NCBI GenBank assembly: GCA_002633005.1
Contig: NMRA01000148.1
Span: forward strand, 1-64,000
Length of the DNA: 64,000 nucleotides
Origin: Phoronis australis
Taxonomy: Eukaryota; Animalia; Phoronida
Direction of reading: 5' to 3'
Shown: one piece after another, positions 52,462 through 64,000 of the stretch
Numbering within the stretch: position 1 is the first letter of the stretch
How the letters are laid out: every line of letters begins with the position of its first letter
Translations under genes and position numbers: made by a program
Notes under the pieces: model-generated
Seen by the model: only the letters and a program-made list of their open reading frames with translations
Told to the model about the DNA's origin: nothing
The model's database searches: none

Positions 52462-53645
52462 GACGGAGAGACGAAAATGTAAGGTTTGAAATGCTGAATG
52501 TGTTTTTTTAATATTTTCTACCCGGAAAGTGGTAAGACGTGGAAGCCAATTAAGTCCATCACAGTGTGTCTGTGAGCCATCTTGTCTGCTTGAATTCATA
52601 CTTAGTGTAAAACTTGAGCTATTAGGTGTTTATGTGTCGGCACCACTTAAAATTTATTTCGAGAGAAAAGTTTAAACAAGCTGTTGAACACGGATTAACT
52701 CAGGTCACCCGTAACATTCTTTCACTACCGTGAGGTGTCCTCAATGCCACTTGTACATCGCCAATGTTTTATCCGTTTTATGTATCAACTTCAGCGCTTT
52801 AGACCCGAGTACATATTTTGACATTCTGTCATTCGTCTGCTGTTTGATCAGCTCTATTTGACGAGCAAAATTTTTCAGTAACATAGTCGTTCTCAAGTTT
52901 GTTTTCACCTAGTACCGCAATGTCCATTTCGGCTAAATAAGTTATAGAGTACGGCACTTCGAAAGTTGTGAAGACCGGAAGGAGGTAAAAATATGAGGCG
53001 CTTGAGGGAGTAGCTCGGGAAAACATTATGGCGACGAGACCGGATGGAAAAATTGAGACGGCCGGGGTCAAGTCAAATTATTAGGTTCCCCAAACTTTTT
53101 CTACGGCGAGATATCTTAATCCGGCACTATGCATGTTGAAATACGTTTTCAGCGCTTACCTGATTTAACCATCTGTTCCACTGCTCTACACTGAGCGCTA
53201 CTTCAGCGGATCAAAAATGGCCAAGTAAGGCAAATTAAAATAAAATAAAAATGAAGCGGTTTGTTGCTCTGGCGAATCTACGATGTAAAAGGGAATTATT
53301 GAAGAAAAGTGTCAGTGTAGCCCCTAAAACGATATGCCGACGGCATTTTGGTAGTGTCCGTATGGAGAATCTGCGGGCCAGCAAAAAAATCCGCCTGTGT
53401 ATTAAGACAGAAAAAGTCTCATTACCACCCCGCCCCTTACGACATTCTAGACCTGTCAGTGTTTTAGGGCTAGTGCGGATGTTTCTTTTGAAAACGGTTT
53501 TGGACCTTCCATTACGACTCCCTGGATCCAGTTGACAACAAAATTCATGAACCAGCTATTTTCCCTTTTCCAGGCTTCCAGTGGTTCGCCGTTGACAACC
53601 AGTTACAGCAAACGTATAGCTGATTCGTCTGACGCAAAATTCACC

Positions 53646-55292
53646 ATGTCTGGAGGCGGAAAGTTGGCACAGGAAATTCACGACGAGTTTCTCTGTTGCA
53701 AGATCTGTTTGGAGGGTTTCAAGAATCCCAAATGCCTCAACTGTCTACACACGTTCTGTGAAAACTGCATCGAGAGCCATGCCATGTCCGAGGGAAGTTA
53801 CAAAAAGTACAGCGACTATCGAGAGTTCACGTGCCCTTTGTGTCGCAAGAGAACGCAGCTGCCGATAGGTGGCGTGAAGAAACTCCCTGACAACTTCCTC
53901 GTCTCCAGCTTGAGTGAGGTTGTGGGGCGCCAGCGTCCGTCCAAATTCCCTTTCTGCGACATATGCAAAACCGTGAACCGGAAGCACCGCGAGGCTTCCT
54001 CGAAATGTCTCGATTGCAACAAGCTGCTGTGTGCCAGCTGCGTGGACATTCACCGTGACACAAAAGTCACTAAGGATCACAGTATTTTCGATGTTGAGAT
54101 TGAAAAAGATATTGAATGCAAAGAGCACAAGGACGAAGTGGTCCGCTTTTACTGTGAGCCGTGCGAGGCGTGCGTCTGTGTTTTGTGTACATTCAATGAG
54201 CACAAAGATCATGATATTTCGCAGTTCAACGAAGCCGTGGCTAAGTACAAACAGGATATTGAAGACAACCTTAACAATTGCAAGGACAAAATGGACAAGC
54301 TCGATTCGAATATGGACCAACTCAACAACTGCGATAAAACCATCAAAAAGGCGGAGCAGAAGATCCGAGACCAATCAATCAATATGATCTCAGAGATTCG
54401 CACACGCGAAAAGGCTCTCATTGACGAACTGCACAACATCTACGGAAAGGAAGTGATGGAGGCTATTGAAAACAAACATGAAGTCCAGGGAACCATTGAG
54501 GGATTGAGAAGCACGTGCAATCTTACAGAGCTCATTTTGAAAGGGAAAGACATCGAACTGCTTCTGTTGAAGAAACAGGTGTCTGAAAAATTGGGCACTT
54601 TGAATGATTTGGATATGTCCGATCTCCCGCAAGCAGTGGAGAAACAGGTACAGTTTATACCTGGCGCGTTGGACATGGGCTACCTCCAAGACATGGATCG
54701 ACCTCTGTTGTCGTCGATGAGAGCTCGGCGCGCCTTCACCGAGAGTCTTTCAGGATTTACAGCAGAAGATGCAAGTTTTATTCACACGTCCGAGACTCAA
54801 ACCGACGAAGAGCTCATGAAAGATTTTATGCTGGAGAAAACGTCCATGACAGATCCACCGAAAACGCACGAAAAAGGGGTTACCGTCAGGTGCGAGTCGC
54901 GCACTAGTTCTGCTCAGACGGATCCTGTGGCTGTGGCTAGCAGTCCGATAGTATTTGCGACTGAACACGGCAGTTCACAAGAACTGTCGTATACACCAAC
55001 TGGCAGCGTCACAGTGGAAAACGGAACACCTTCGAGTAGTACCTCACCCCCAACCGCGAGACGCCAGCGTCGTCGTAGAGAACGCGCCCAGACGACTCAT
55101 GTGGAAAAGGGCGACCTTCCTTCCCAGCAGCAGATAGAAGGCCCCACGGCACAAGAGGCTACCGTGGAGTACTTCGCGACTCCTCGATCGTTTATAGCTG
55201 ATGGTGAGAGGGCAAGTCGACGAATGCGTCGACAACGAATGATTCAGGCCAACAGTGTCGAGGACTACTACAGCGCCGAGAGTCCATCGTAA
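53646..55292 (+). CDS. Tripartite-motif (RING-Bbox1-Bbox2-coiled coil) E3 ubiquitin ligase, TRIM2/3/45/56-like N-terminus, 548 aa, single coding exon
   Basis: C3HC4 RING (CKICL..CLHTFCENC..CPLCR), B-box1 (CDIC..CLDC..LCASCVDIH..H), B-box2 (CKEH..FYCEPC..CVLC..H..H), then heptad coiled coil. Start context CACCATG at 53646. An acceptor ttcccttttccAG at 53572-53573 implies upstream non-coding exon(s). Confidence 0.95.
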   Translation: MSGGGKLAQEIHDEFLCCKICLEGFKNPKCLNCLHTFCENCIESHAMSEGSYKKYSDYREFTCPLCRKRTQLPIGGVKKLPDNFLVSSLSEVVGRQRPSKFPFCDICKTVNRKHREASSKCLDCNKLLCASCVDIHRDTKVTKDHSIFDVEIEKDIECKEHKDEVVRFYCEPCEACVCVLCTFNEHKDHDISQFNEAVAKYKQDIEDNLNNCKDKMDKLDSNMDQLNNCDKTIKKAEQKIRDQSINMISEIRTREKALIDELHNIYGKEVMEAIENKHEVQGTIEGLRSTCNLTELILKGKDIELLLLKKQVSEKLGTLNDLDMSDLPQAVEKQVQFIPGALDMGYLQDMDRPLLSSMRARRAFTESLSGFTAEDASFIHTSETQTDEELMKDFMLEKTSMTDPPKTHEKGVTVRCESRTSSAQTDPVAVASSPIVFATEHGSSQELSYTPTGSVTVENGTPSSSTSPPTARRQRRRRERAQTTHVEKGDLPSQQQIEGPTAQEATVEYFATPRSFIADGERASRRMRRQRMIQANSVEDYYSAESPS

Positions 55293-57611
55293 AAGAACGC
55301 CTGTTCTAGTTGAACGCGAAGAGAAACACGCGCAAAGTAGAAGACGTCCGTGGTCAAATGCTCGCCAACGACTTCAACTGTGAGCGCCCCAAGAACAAAG
55401 AAAATCTTTCTTGGGATGGGAGCCTACTTATCCATTATTTGTGATGAAGTCAGGAAAAATCGTTCAACACATTAGCTGTACGTTTGGCACAAGAAGCCGG
55501 TTTTGGAGCGTATATCGTACAAACATATAAGTTATGACAATTATGTCTAAAACTAATGTACTAACTGATACTGTGATAGAAAGTGGTTATCTGTTCTTCT
55601 CTATCTTTCGACTCCAGTGGTCTTGTTATTGCCACATACGGCATTGGTCACTACAGTTTTTCGCAGCTTTCAACTGACTCTGTCCTTTAGTCGACTATGA
55701 CATGAAACATCCCGCCCAAGACAAGTAGGCACGGCTCTAGGCAGGGTCCAGGGAGTTCGCTCCGCTTCAAAGGAGGGATCCAAATCTTCCCCACTTATCA
55801 CTAGTCAGACCCCCAGGATATCATTCTGAATCCATCTCAGGCGACTATCAAAGCAACGCAATTCAGTTTGTATAAGCACTCAGTCAGATGTGCCACAGCC
55901 TGAGTATTGGTGTTTTCGAAAATCTTTTTCAAAATACCATCAAATGTAATGCCCGAATTATGTCAGTTGTAAGCTATACTTTTAATTGTAGTCTAAAATG
56001 CTCCACTTGCAACAGCAATATTGTCGTATTTGACGATGCCTTGCTATGATACTACACTACTACATTTTAAATAGCCTGTTCACTAGACAAGTATTTGTTT
56101 TGTTTCAGCAGAGTTAAATACACTATTTATAACAACACATTCCTGTTCTACCACATTGGAACAACAAAATCCAAGTGGTTCAATGGAAATCTTCCACTCG
56201 GAACTGATAAGAGCTATTTCTATGGGGCATCATTTTACTGCCATTCTAGAGTCATTCGAATGCACTTGATTCAATGTGCCAGTCCTGCTGGGTCAACCAT
56301 CTAAGACATCTGATTGGTTATGATGACAACTTCAGGCTTTTAAACCATTTAGATGTATTATTGGCTGGTGGATTCAGCGAAACTGGCCAAGTCAATTGAA
56401 ATGAAGGTTTTAGTCTTTATAATAGTCCTGCACATGCCATCAAAAAGACATTCAGATTTTTTGTTTTTCAACTTTTTCAAAGTGTCATACTTATGCCAGA
56501 AATGTACTCCAGAGCATAAGAGATTTCTTTAAAATACACTTCATCAACCACTTACCCCTTGCCCCATTTTAAAGTCCAAAAGAGCTCAACTGCATATTCA
56601 AGTTGTCAAATATATTACACAAACTTTAAACTAATGATTATTTATGACAAATTATTATGCCAGACAGACAAAGAGTAGCCTTTTGATATTCCTCAACAAC
56701 TGATTCCAGCTCAAAAAGGAATAATATGAATTTGCTAACTGCGAAAACTTTCAGTGTTTATGTTCTAATCGGAGCAACAAAAATGTAAATTTTCCTTTGC
56801 TTACTAACTGTCCCAGGTGTCCTTGTGAGGGGTGAGCTCAGAACAGAAATTATGTAAATGAGGATAAAAACCCGTGGGCATAAACCAGTTTTAAAATTTT
56901 GTTTGCAAATTTTTGTTATTTGAAATGACTCAAAGTATCAATCAACATCTTTTATTCCAATCATGTTAAGATGCAGTTGTTTTAAATAACTATCTCTAGT
57001 AACAGGAGATGACCACATTAAAACTGCAGGGCAATTAAGGAAACAGGAAAACCATTATTTCTTAGCTTAGAATAAATGAAAACTAACTTAAAACTACTGT
57101 AGAATATATCACTGGAAACATGAGTAACCCTGGCATTTAGCTTAAAACGAATGTTCAAAAAAGTTGCCTAGACTTTGACAAGCAATTACATCCATAATTA
57201 GCCTTAACAACTAATTATGTTTAGACATGATTACATTACGTGGCAGTAAAACAACACTGACTTAACACCTCAGGCATACTTCTAGAGTAATTACTCATAA
57301 ACAACTGACAATACACAGCAGCCATCACATATGCTCGCGAGAATTAACACAACACGTTCGAAGTGTCCGCCACCAGAGTGAGCAACTAAGAGCACTGATG
57401 TGCATGGTTCCAACAAAATATACCTGAGTTACAAGTAACAGCAGATAAAAACTATGACAAAAGTTAAAATTCATCGGAACATGGATTTCATATTTTTTCA
57501 ACTGGTTAAAAAATTTCCATGCTTATAAAAACAGTAACTCATTTGAGATCATCTCCTATATATAAGAGTAGGCTATGAAATTTACCAAGTTATGATGGTA
57601 TTCCATTGATG

Positions 57612-57683
57612 TCACTTGATCAGAGAGGTAGAGTATTTGAGGTCTGCTAGTATCTGCTGGTCCAGCACCTCACAATGTGAACG
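57612..57683 (-). CDS. Terminal coding exon of an unidentified minus-strand gene
   Basis: Acceptor TTTTTAG, phase 0; encodes RSHCEVLDQQILADLKYSTSLIK*. Confidence 0.6.
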   Translation of the reverse strand, partial: RSHCEVLDQQILADLKYSTSLIK

Positions 57684-58359
57684 CTAAAAAGAGAAATGAA
57701 ACGATGACACAGAGACATACACATGCGCGCACACACATGCACACATACAGACAAACACAGTGTGAGCTACATAACCTGTGAAGTGAAGCTAGAAATAACA
57801 GTTTATATAGCAATCTTACAATACATGAAGGACATAATGAATATCAAAAATTCTAAGGTTGGAATAACTACAGAGGAAATAAAATATGGAAAAGATGACG
57901 TCCTTCAAATTTAAATGACTAGAACATCTGAACAGTAAATTTCAGATGTGTCAGGATGCGCATTTTCTCAGATTGGTAGTCCCAAAGACATGTAACTTTA
58001 AAGACATGAGTGTACTTTTACACGGTGTACTATTATAATCAGGTACTCTTGGCCTTTTGGCAAATATTGCCTGTAGACTCATCTCCAGGTACTGCAAACA
58101 GGGGAAACAAGACGGTTAAAGATATACCGATAACGGGCAAGACAGGGGTCACAGGTCAACTGCTGAGGTCAAATTTTTTGGTTAAAAACCAGATGAGTTA
58201 TGAATCACACGGTTGAGGCAAGGAGTACCACGAACTGTCTGGGTGATCTAAGAATAGAAAATATGCATCTGACATGAGGGAAATGGAAATCTCAGTGGAG
58301 TGCTGGCATAATGAGAATAAACTGAAGGTAAATGATAATCAGACAGAACAGTAACTCAC

Positions 58360-58472
58360 CTCGATGTGGCCAATTATTTCTTTAACTAATGTAACATTGG
58401 CCTTAACATCTGTATCTCTAATCAAGTACAGTAGTGTTTGACAGTACAGCTTGACGTCAGAGTCAGACAATC
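58360..58472 (-). CDS. Internal exon of unidentified minus-strand gene
   Basis: Acceptor TTTCAG, donor GAG|GTGAGT; phase 1 to 0. Encodes GLSDSDVKLYCQTLLYLIRDTDVKANVTLVKEIIGHIE. Confidence 0.7.
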
Positions 58473-58880
58473 CTGAAATGATGTAATTTTGTAGTTTACT
58501 TTGTAAACATTGTTAACATATAAGTCCAGTACTAAAACGTAGAAGTTTATCAAATCAAAAACACCAGTGAGTATCTGCTACACATAAGAATGATGTCCTC
58601 TTGGATGAAAAACCAAAACCCTTTCAAATAATGGCAGGGGTTGCGCTGCACATTTCCAGATGTGATACATCGAGGACCCTGAAAATGGGCACTCAAAACT
58701 ACGTCAACTTATGAGCCCCCATTTAGTACCTAAAGGGCACAAAGAAGTCCAAAAATAACCACCCCGAGCGGATATCTGAGACAAAAAAAAACACCCATCC
58801 GAATTGAGAGAACACCAAAGTTTAAGTCATTTGACTTCAGCAATATATATCAAAGCAAAGCCTGGTTTCCAGAAGCATAC

Positions 58881-59154
58881 CTTGGTTTAAATCATCTTTC
58901 AACAGAGCCAACAACAGTGCTGTAATATGAGGCTGCTTCTCAAGGAACTCAGACACAGAAGACAGACACTGCGGTCTAAATGCACTGATTTCCTCGATGT
59001 CGTCTGCTAATGCTATGGTGGCATAGGTGTGCACCAGCAGGTCTCTACATCTCAATGTAAGAACACCCTCAATGCTTGTAAGTGACAGGTGCTGACACAG
59101 CCTGGTCAGTGCCCAAAGTATGGACAGAGTTACAGAGGCGGGTAAAGCTGACCC
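58881..59154 (-). CDS. Internal exon of unidentified minus-strand gene (Leu-rich, helical)
   Basis: Acceptor ATTTCAG, donor AAG|GTATGC; 274 nt open, phase 0 to 1. Encodes GSALPASVTLSILWALTRLCQHLS..SVSEFLEKQPHITALLLALLKDDLNQ. Confidence 0.7.
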
Positions 59155-60556
59155 CTGAAATATGTGTGGGATATATCACGACTTACTACACACAAACAGT
59201 GGACAAAAAAATGGTCTTACACATGTGTACATCTCAGAAAAAACGTAATGTTTCAAAAATTGATTACAAAAACACCAAATATAAAATGCTTTAGAAGAGA
59301 AACAAAATGTGACACTTCAACAGGTGCCGACTGGGATTGTATCAAAAGGTCGTTCAAAATGCCAAGCACAATACAAGACAACAGTAATCAGACAAAATAC
59401 TGTTTCCACATGGTAATGGCTAATTCTGTTAACAGAAAACATAGTTGGTAATAACTATTAGGGGGCACAAAATTCTAATTACAGAACGGCTTAGCCACCT
59501 AACTAACTTTGCTGTTAAACCCCCTTTATTGTTGATAATGAGAGAAGATTTCTCACAGGAAGAATTCGGTTTCCACCCAGCCATCATGGCAGGAATTCCG
59601 GGTTATTTTGTCTGCATACTTAGGCATGTGCTGTGCGTAAGTACAAATGAGGTTTTAAGCTGTATCTCACAACATACATTTTAAATTCACTGCTATTTTG
59701 GTAGAGCCAATTTAAAGATTTTTACAGAGTGAGCATTGCAGTTTGAATCAGCGTGTAGCTCCATAGGGGAGTAAGACTTCATTTTTGTAAAGCTCAATAC
59801 ACGAAGCTTTCAAGGGAAAAGTCAAAACTTTTGCCTTGTTTTCACTACAAAATACAATCCCTTGTTACTGTGTTTGCAGTTAACTTATTGTTAGCACAGA
59901 CAAAGGGAGCAGTAGTTAATTAAACCAAAATTATGCCCATAAACCCCCAATGATGACACCAATGGTAGTTGGGCTATCGTCTTTATTAAAGTGACAATTA
60001 CATGTTCAAATCTAAACTTTCCTAGATTTTTCTCTAATTAATAGAAATTCAAAATGTTAGACCTCAACTTAATTAAGGACCTCGGAAAAATGCTCAAATT
60101 TGGTTAACGTCGGAGCACCGCATCTCAGAAATAGCCGATCAGATTCAAATGGACCTTAAGATACCAGGATTTATACGCTGATCTCCAAAACGCTTTTTGA
60201 AATTATTTTTTAAATGTTCCACTTTCCCTTGAACGACTAGTCAGCAAAATAGGACTTTTATTATTTTATGAAAAAAATCATAAACCAAACACAAAATGAT
60301 AATTTAGAAAACTATAACACGAATGTAATTGACATTTCATCTTGAACATTTATAGCAAACAGAACTTGGTCATGTAGTGCTTAATGTACCTTCCTCTCAA
60401 ACTAAATTTTACTAAAAAATACATGGGTCATGTGACTCAATTAATAGCTGATTGGCATACAGTCAAAATCCAAATTCTAATTCTATCCTCTGAAAACATG
60501 TACTTTTACTGAGTTAAGCTATAGTCTTGTAGATACCTGGCTAAACGTACAGACTA

Positions 60557-61917
60557 CCATATTCGCCGTAATAACCGCCCAGGGCGCTTAGAAAAGTTCG
60601 GTCTCCAAAACGGGTGGAATCGGAAGCTAAGATTCATCAAATTTACGCTCTGGGACGTATATGCAATCTATGAAAGACTTTCAACAAAACTGTGGTGCAT
60701 TGCTATCAAACTTGGCTTCTAAATTATGATCATTTTAGCCTACAGAAAATTGTGCTGAAATCCCAGGGCGAAAACTCGCCAACTGACTGCCTTGAAATCG
60801 CAGTCTTCGATATGGCGACTTCAATGCTTGAATAAAAATGGTTTTGACTCAAGCAAATTACCTGAAATCCTCATTAAGTTTTATAAGTAGTGTCTCTAAG
60901 ATTTCTTAAGTTCCCGTGGAGTCTGAATTCAATGGCAGGTTTAAGTACAAATCTGTGCAACATCGTGCCATCTACATGTATGATCGGCAACACGGCGAGA
61001 AAAATGTCTGGACGAACACACATGTTGTTGTCACGTGACCTTTGGTTTGAAGTTCGTCTGCGAGTAAGCGAGCGCGTGCGTGTCACCAGAGTTCATTTGC
61101 CAAAGCAGAGACCGTCTTATGGCCAGAGCCACGCAATCTAACTAGCTAGATGTGTCTAAAGAAATTTGCACAAGCAGTAGGCCTAAACCAGAGCGTGTTT
61201 CATTCAGCACTTGCCGACATTTGTCTCCGTAAGGCCCATATTAGTCGTCGTGTAGCTGGATGCATACGTAACTATCTGACAGTTATTTTTCGGTGTAAGG
61301 GTGTGTAAATATTCACTGTCAGTTGTCATTTTATCAGATATTCAGCTTAAAAACACCAATTATGGTTAATCAAACAATCCATCTCAAAAATAATGCAAAC
61401 GTGTTTTGTAGTATAAGAAATTGTCGGAAATCAGTGCCAATATTTATTTCTTATCGATGCTATGCTACCCGTTTCATGAATGGATAGTTCCCGACAAATG
61501 TCTTTGATGACAGGTTCATGTATGTAGCGCGCGCTTCCTGGCCACGTGCGTTAAACACCAAGTTATTTTTATTCATGAGACAGTCAATGTGTCTACTGAA
61601 AGGTCAGACCATAGTGGGACACGGTCGTCGCTAGAGCGTAGCAACGCTGTTGCGTTCTTTTTGAAGCGTTGCATTACTTTGAAGTGTAAAGTCACGGCTA
61701 AATACAATGAAACGTAGCAGTGCCGCTGGTGGTCTAGAAGACCCGTGCAAATTTTTTTTGGTTAATTGAAGACGTTACTGTAGCCGAGTTTTAGGACTGT
61801 AGGTACGTCATTGTCCGCATGTACACGTTCATGGACTGGGAGCTTATTTCAGCAAAGTCTGAAAACGCGTGGGGGGGGCGCTTATAGGGGCATGGGCGGT
61901 TATTACGGCGAATACGG
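60557..61917. mobile_element. Non-autonomous Tc1/mariner (pogo/Tigger-like) element, ~1.36 kb, in intron
   Basis: TA|CCATATTCGCCGTAATAACCGCCCA ... TGGGCGGTTATTACGGCGAATACGG|TA; ~25-bp TIR with TA target duplication. Confidence 0.85.
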
Positions 61918-62775
61918 TAGTAGATAAAGCCCTACAAAACGTTACCATAAGCCTGTAGTTATCCAAATAAAACTCACCAATAATCTGGCTAGGAGGGCGC
62001 ACATAACTTGGCCAACAGCAGGTTGGTCGGAGAACTGCAGTAAACTGTGACACGCACACTAAAAACACGACAGAAACATAAACTAGACAATTACATTTCG
62101 AGGCCTTATCATCGTTCATATTCTACAAACATCGATACTTTCCGCTTTGAACATATTAGTTCTTGTGAAACAGACACTCATTCTATTCTTTATTTCCACC
62201 AGTTTAGAATACAGAGATTCATCAATCGAAAGACATCAATAAAATAACAACATTTCGTAAATTACAACCTTCCATCTTGTTTTGTTGTTTTTAATGGCAA
62301 TTCAAAAAAGCAACGTTCATTGCTGTTCGTCAGTGGAGGCCATTTTGTTGATGCACCACAAGATATTATTTTGATAATTCCCTACTTAAATCTGCTTATT
62401 TTGAAAACATTTGATTTCGTACTGTAAGACCATCATTCCTTTCATGACGTTTTAGACTGAAAAGAAGCAGGAACAGTATCTTTAAGCTGTCCTAAGGTGA
62501 CTCAAAGCAGCACCAACTACAAACTCCACCTTGTGTTTGGTCACTGTACCAGTCCATTTTTCCAGTGGGCTAAAAGAAACATTACTGCCACCCCATAAAA
62601 TGAATATATTGTAACAATTTGTCTGTACTGGCTACAACTCGACATTAAGTTTCAAATGAGGCAGAGATATCTTCAGAAGAATGAAGGAAACTGTTTCTGT
62701 AAGACAATTTTCTAACAAAATGCACAAAAGTCAAACTTAGATAAAGATATTATATAGATAAATTTTACTTCATAC

Positions 62776-62897
62776 CTGGGTGATGAAAAGTTGTCTTTTC
62801 CAAAGCACCAGGCGACTGTCACTAGTGAGAGTATTGAACGACTGACTTGTCATACATGACCGTGAAGAGAACTGGGACAGCTCGTTAGATGTATAGC
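62776..62897 (-). CDS. Probable upstream exon of the same minus-strand gene
   Basis: Acceptor TTTTAG, donor CAG|GTATGA; only one open frame (phase 1 to 0). Encodes YTSNELSQFSSRSCMTSQSFNTLTSDSRLVLWKRQLFITQ. Confidence 0.4.
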
Positions 62898-64000
62898 CTA
62901 AAATCATTTAAGCAATGTCTTAAAAGGATACAAAACCCCGGTTCCACCATGACCTATAACACATTTAGTACCTTCTCTGAGCAAAAAAGCTTTATCCAAG
63001 AACATACAACAGAAATAAAAAATAGACTATCAGCAAATAATCATAATTCTAACTAGGTGCTAGTATGTCCATTTGAATTTCCACAAGAAGTAGCAAGACA
63101 AGGATTTTGCACGGGAAGTGAGTAGTACCACTATAACAAGTTTCTTGTCAGAAAAACGAGATCATGCAAAATCAAGCGACTGAAAGACGAGTGTTAAGAA
63201 AGTACCCCCAGACATCTTACTAGCCATAATTACAGTAAGAAACTTCATATTCACTACGTGGTGCTCATAAAGGCACCTCTTTTTGACATCTGAATAGATT
63301 GAGAGTAGAAAGCAGTTCCTCAGCAAGGGGGCCTTTGTGTGTGATAAGGAACTAACTTGATTTACCTGAGTTTCTATGGGAGGATCCCTTGCTTCACTAG
63401 TGACACCTAATGAGTCTCATGTTAACCATTGGGTTTCTATCCAGCACTTGCAGGAATTGAGAGGTGACTCGTAATTAACATAAAGCTGTGTAATTTTGAA
63501 ACTGGATGGTTTGGCCACACCTGTCAAAACATTTCTTTTCAACACTTTTGCATGTCAACACAAAATAAGATCTGTTTGGGGACAGCAGTTTTCTATTATG
63601 ATTTGAGAACTACTTTTGTGGTTGAGTAACTTGGCATGCAGTTTGCGTTTTTGAAGAGAACATACCACAGACTAGGGACAGCAACAAACTAATGTACATT
63701 GTTCTCTCTTCCACGTCATCAGGCAGTCGTCGGACGCACCTAAAATGCAAAATGATTTTAATACATATCGCTTACAAAAACAGCACAAAGATATCATGTA
63801 CATAATTCCTGGAGTACACATTCAAACAGGTATAACGTAAGTTTCCACAAAAGGAAACGACTCTATAAAAATGCCCAAAATGCTTTCACATCAGGTTATG
63901 TGATGCCGTTTTTAGTGACCATATTCTTCAATGCCTTAAACGGATCTTTTTAACTTGTTTTCACATCATCAAAGCTATGTAAAAGCATGGATATATTTCA

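Noticed and set aside
31100-53500. Many 60-110 aa ORFs and isolated exon-like segments (e.g. 43860-43891)
   Set aside because: No recognisable domains or phase-consistent chains; likely intergenic or TRIM 5' intronic sequence with repeats.
53532-53645. N-terminal extension of the TRIM ORF from TTG 53532
   Set aside because: Non-ATG start upstream of a splice acceptor at 53573; ATG 53646 has a good context and sits just before the RING.
53745-55235. Antisense and alternate-frame ORFs overlapping the TRIM CDS
   Set aside because: Shadows of a real coding sequence, with no domain features.
57612-59154. Naming the minus-strand gene (faint resemblance to a FANCA-like helical C-terminus)
   Set aside because: The similarity is limited to a few residues recalled from memory; it is not supportable without a profile search.

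Overview
AT-rich, intron-containing animal genomic DNA; a marine invertebrate, probably a lophotrochozoan/mollusc, is inferred from the repeat types and protein motifs. No prokaryotic features are seen. One long ORF is obvious: a RING-Bbox1-Bbox2-coiled-coil TRIM E3 ligase (53646-55292, +). Manual splicing gives three more genes that the ORF track shows only in fragments. (1) A 3-exon, 82-aa secreted prepropeptide with a furin site and a conotoxin/knottin-type C-C-CC-C-C mature domain (16740-23871, +). (2) A 3-exon, 154-aa secreted protein with two atypical chitin-binding-type (CBM14-like) domains (30477-27873, -), convergent with the first. (3) The 3' exons of an unidentified helical protein gene (62897-57612, -), convergent with the TRIM gene. 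A disrupted second knottin precursor lies at ~7756-8030. The rest is nested foldback/MITE elements, tRNA-derived repeats, two THAP-domain remnants, a LINE zf-RVT remnant, a decayed DNA-transposon ORF, and mini/microsatellites. All gene models come from reading frames and splice sites only; there is no expression or database evidence.
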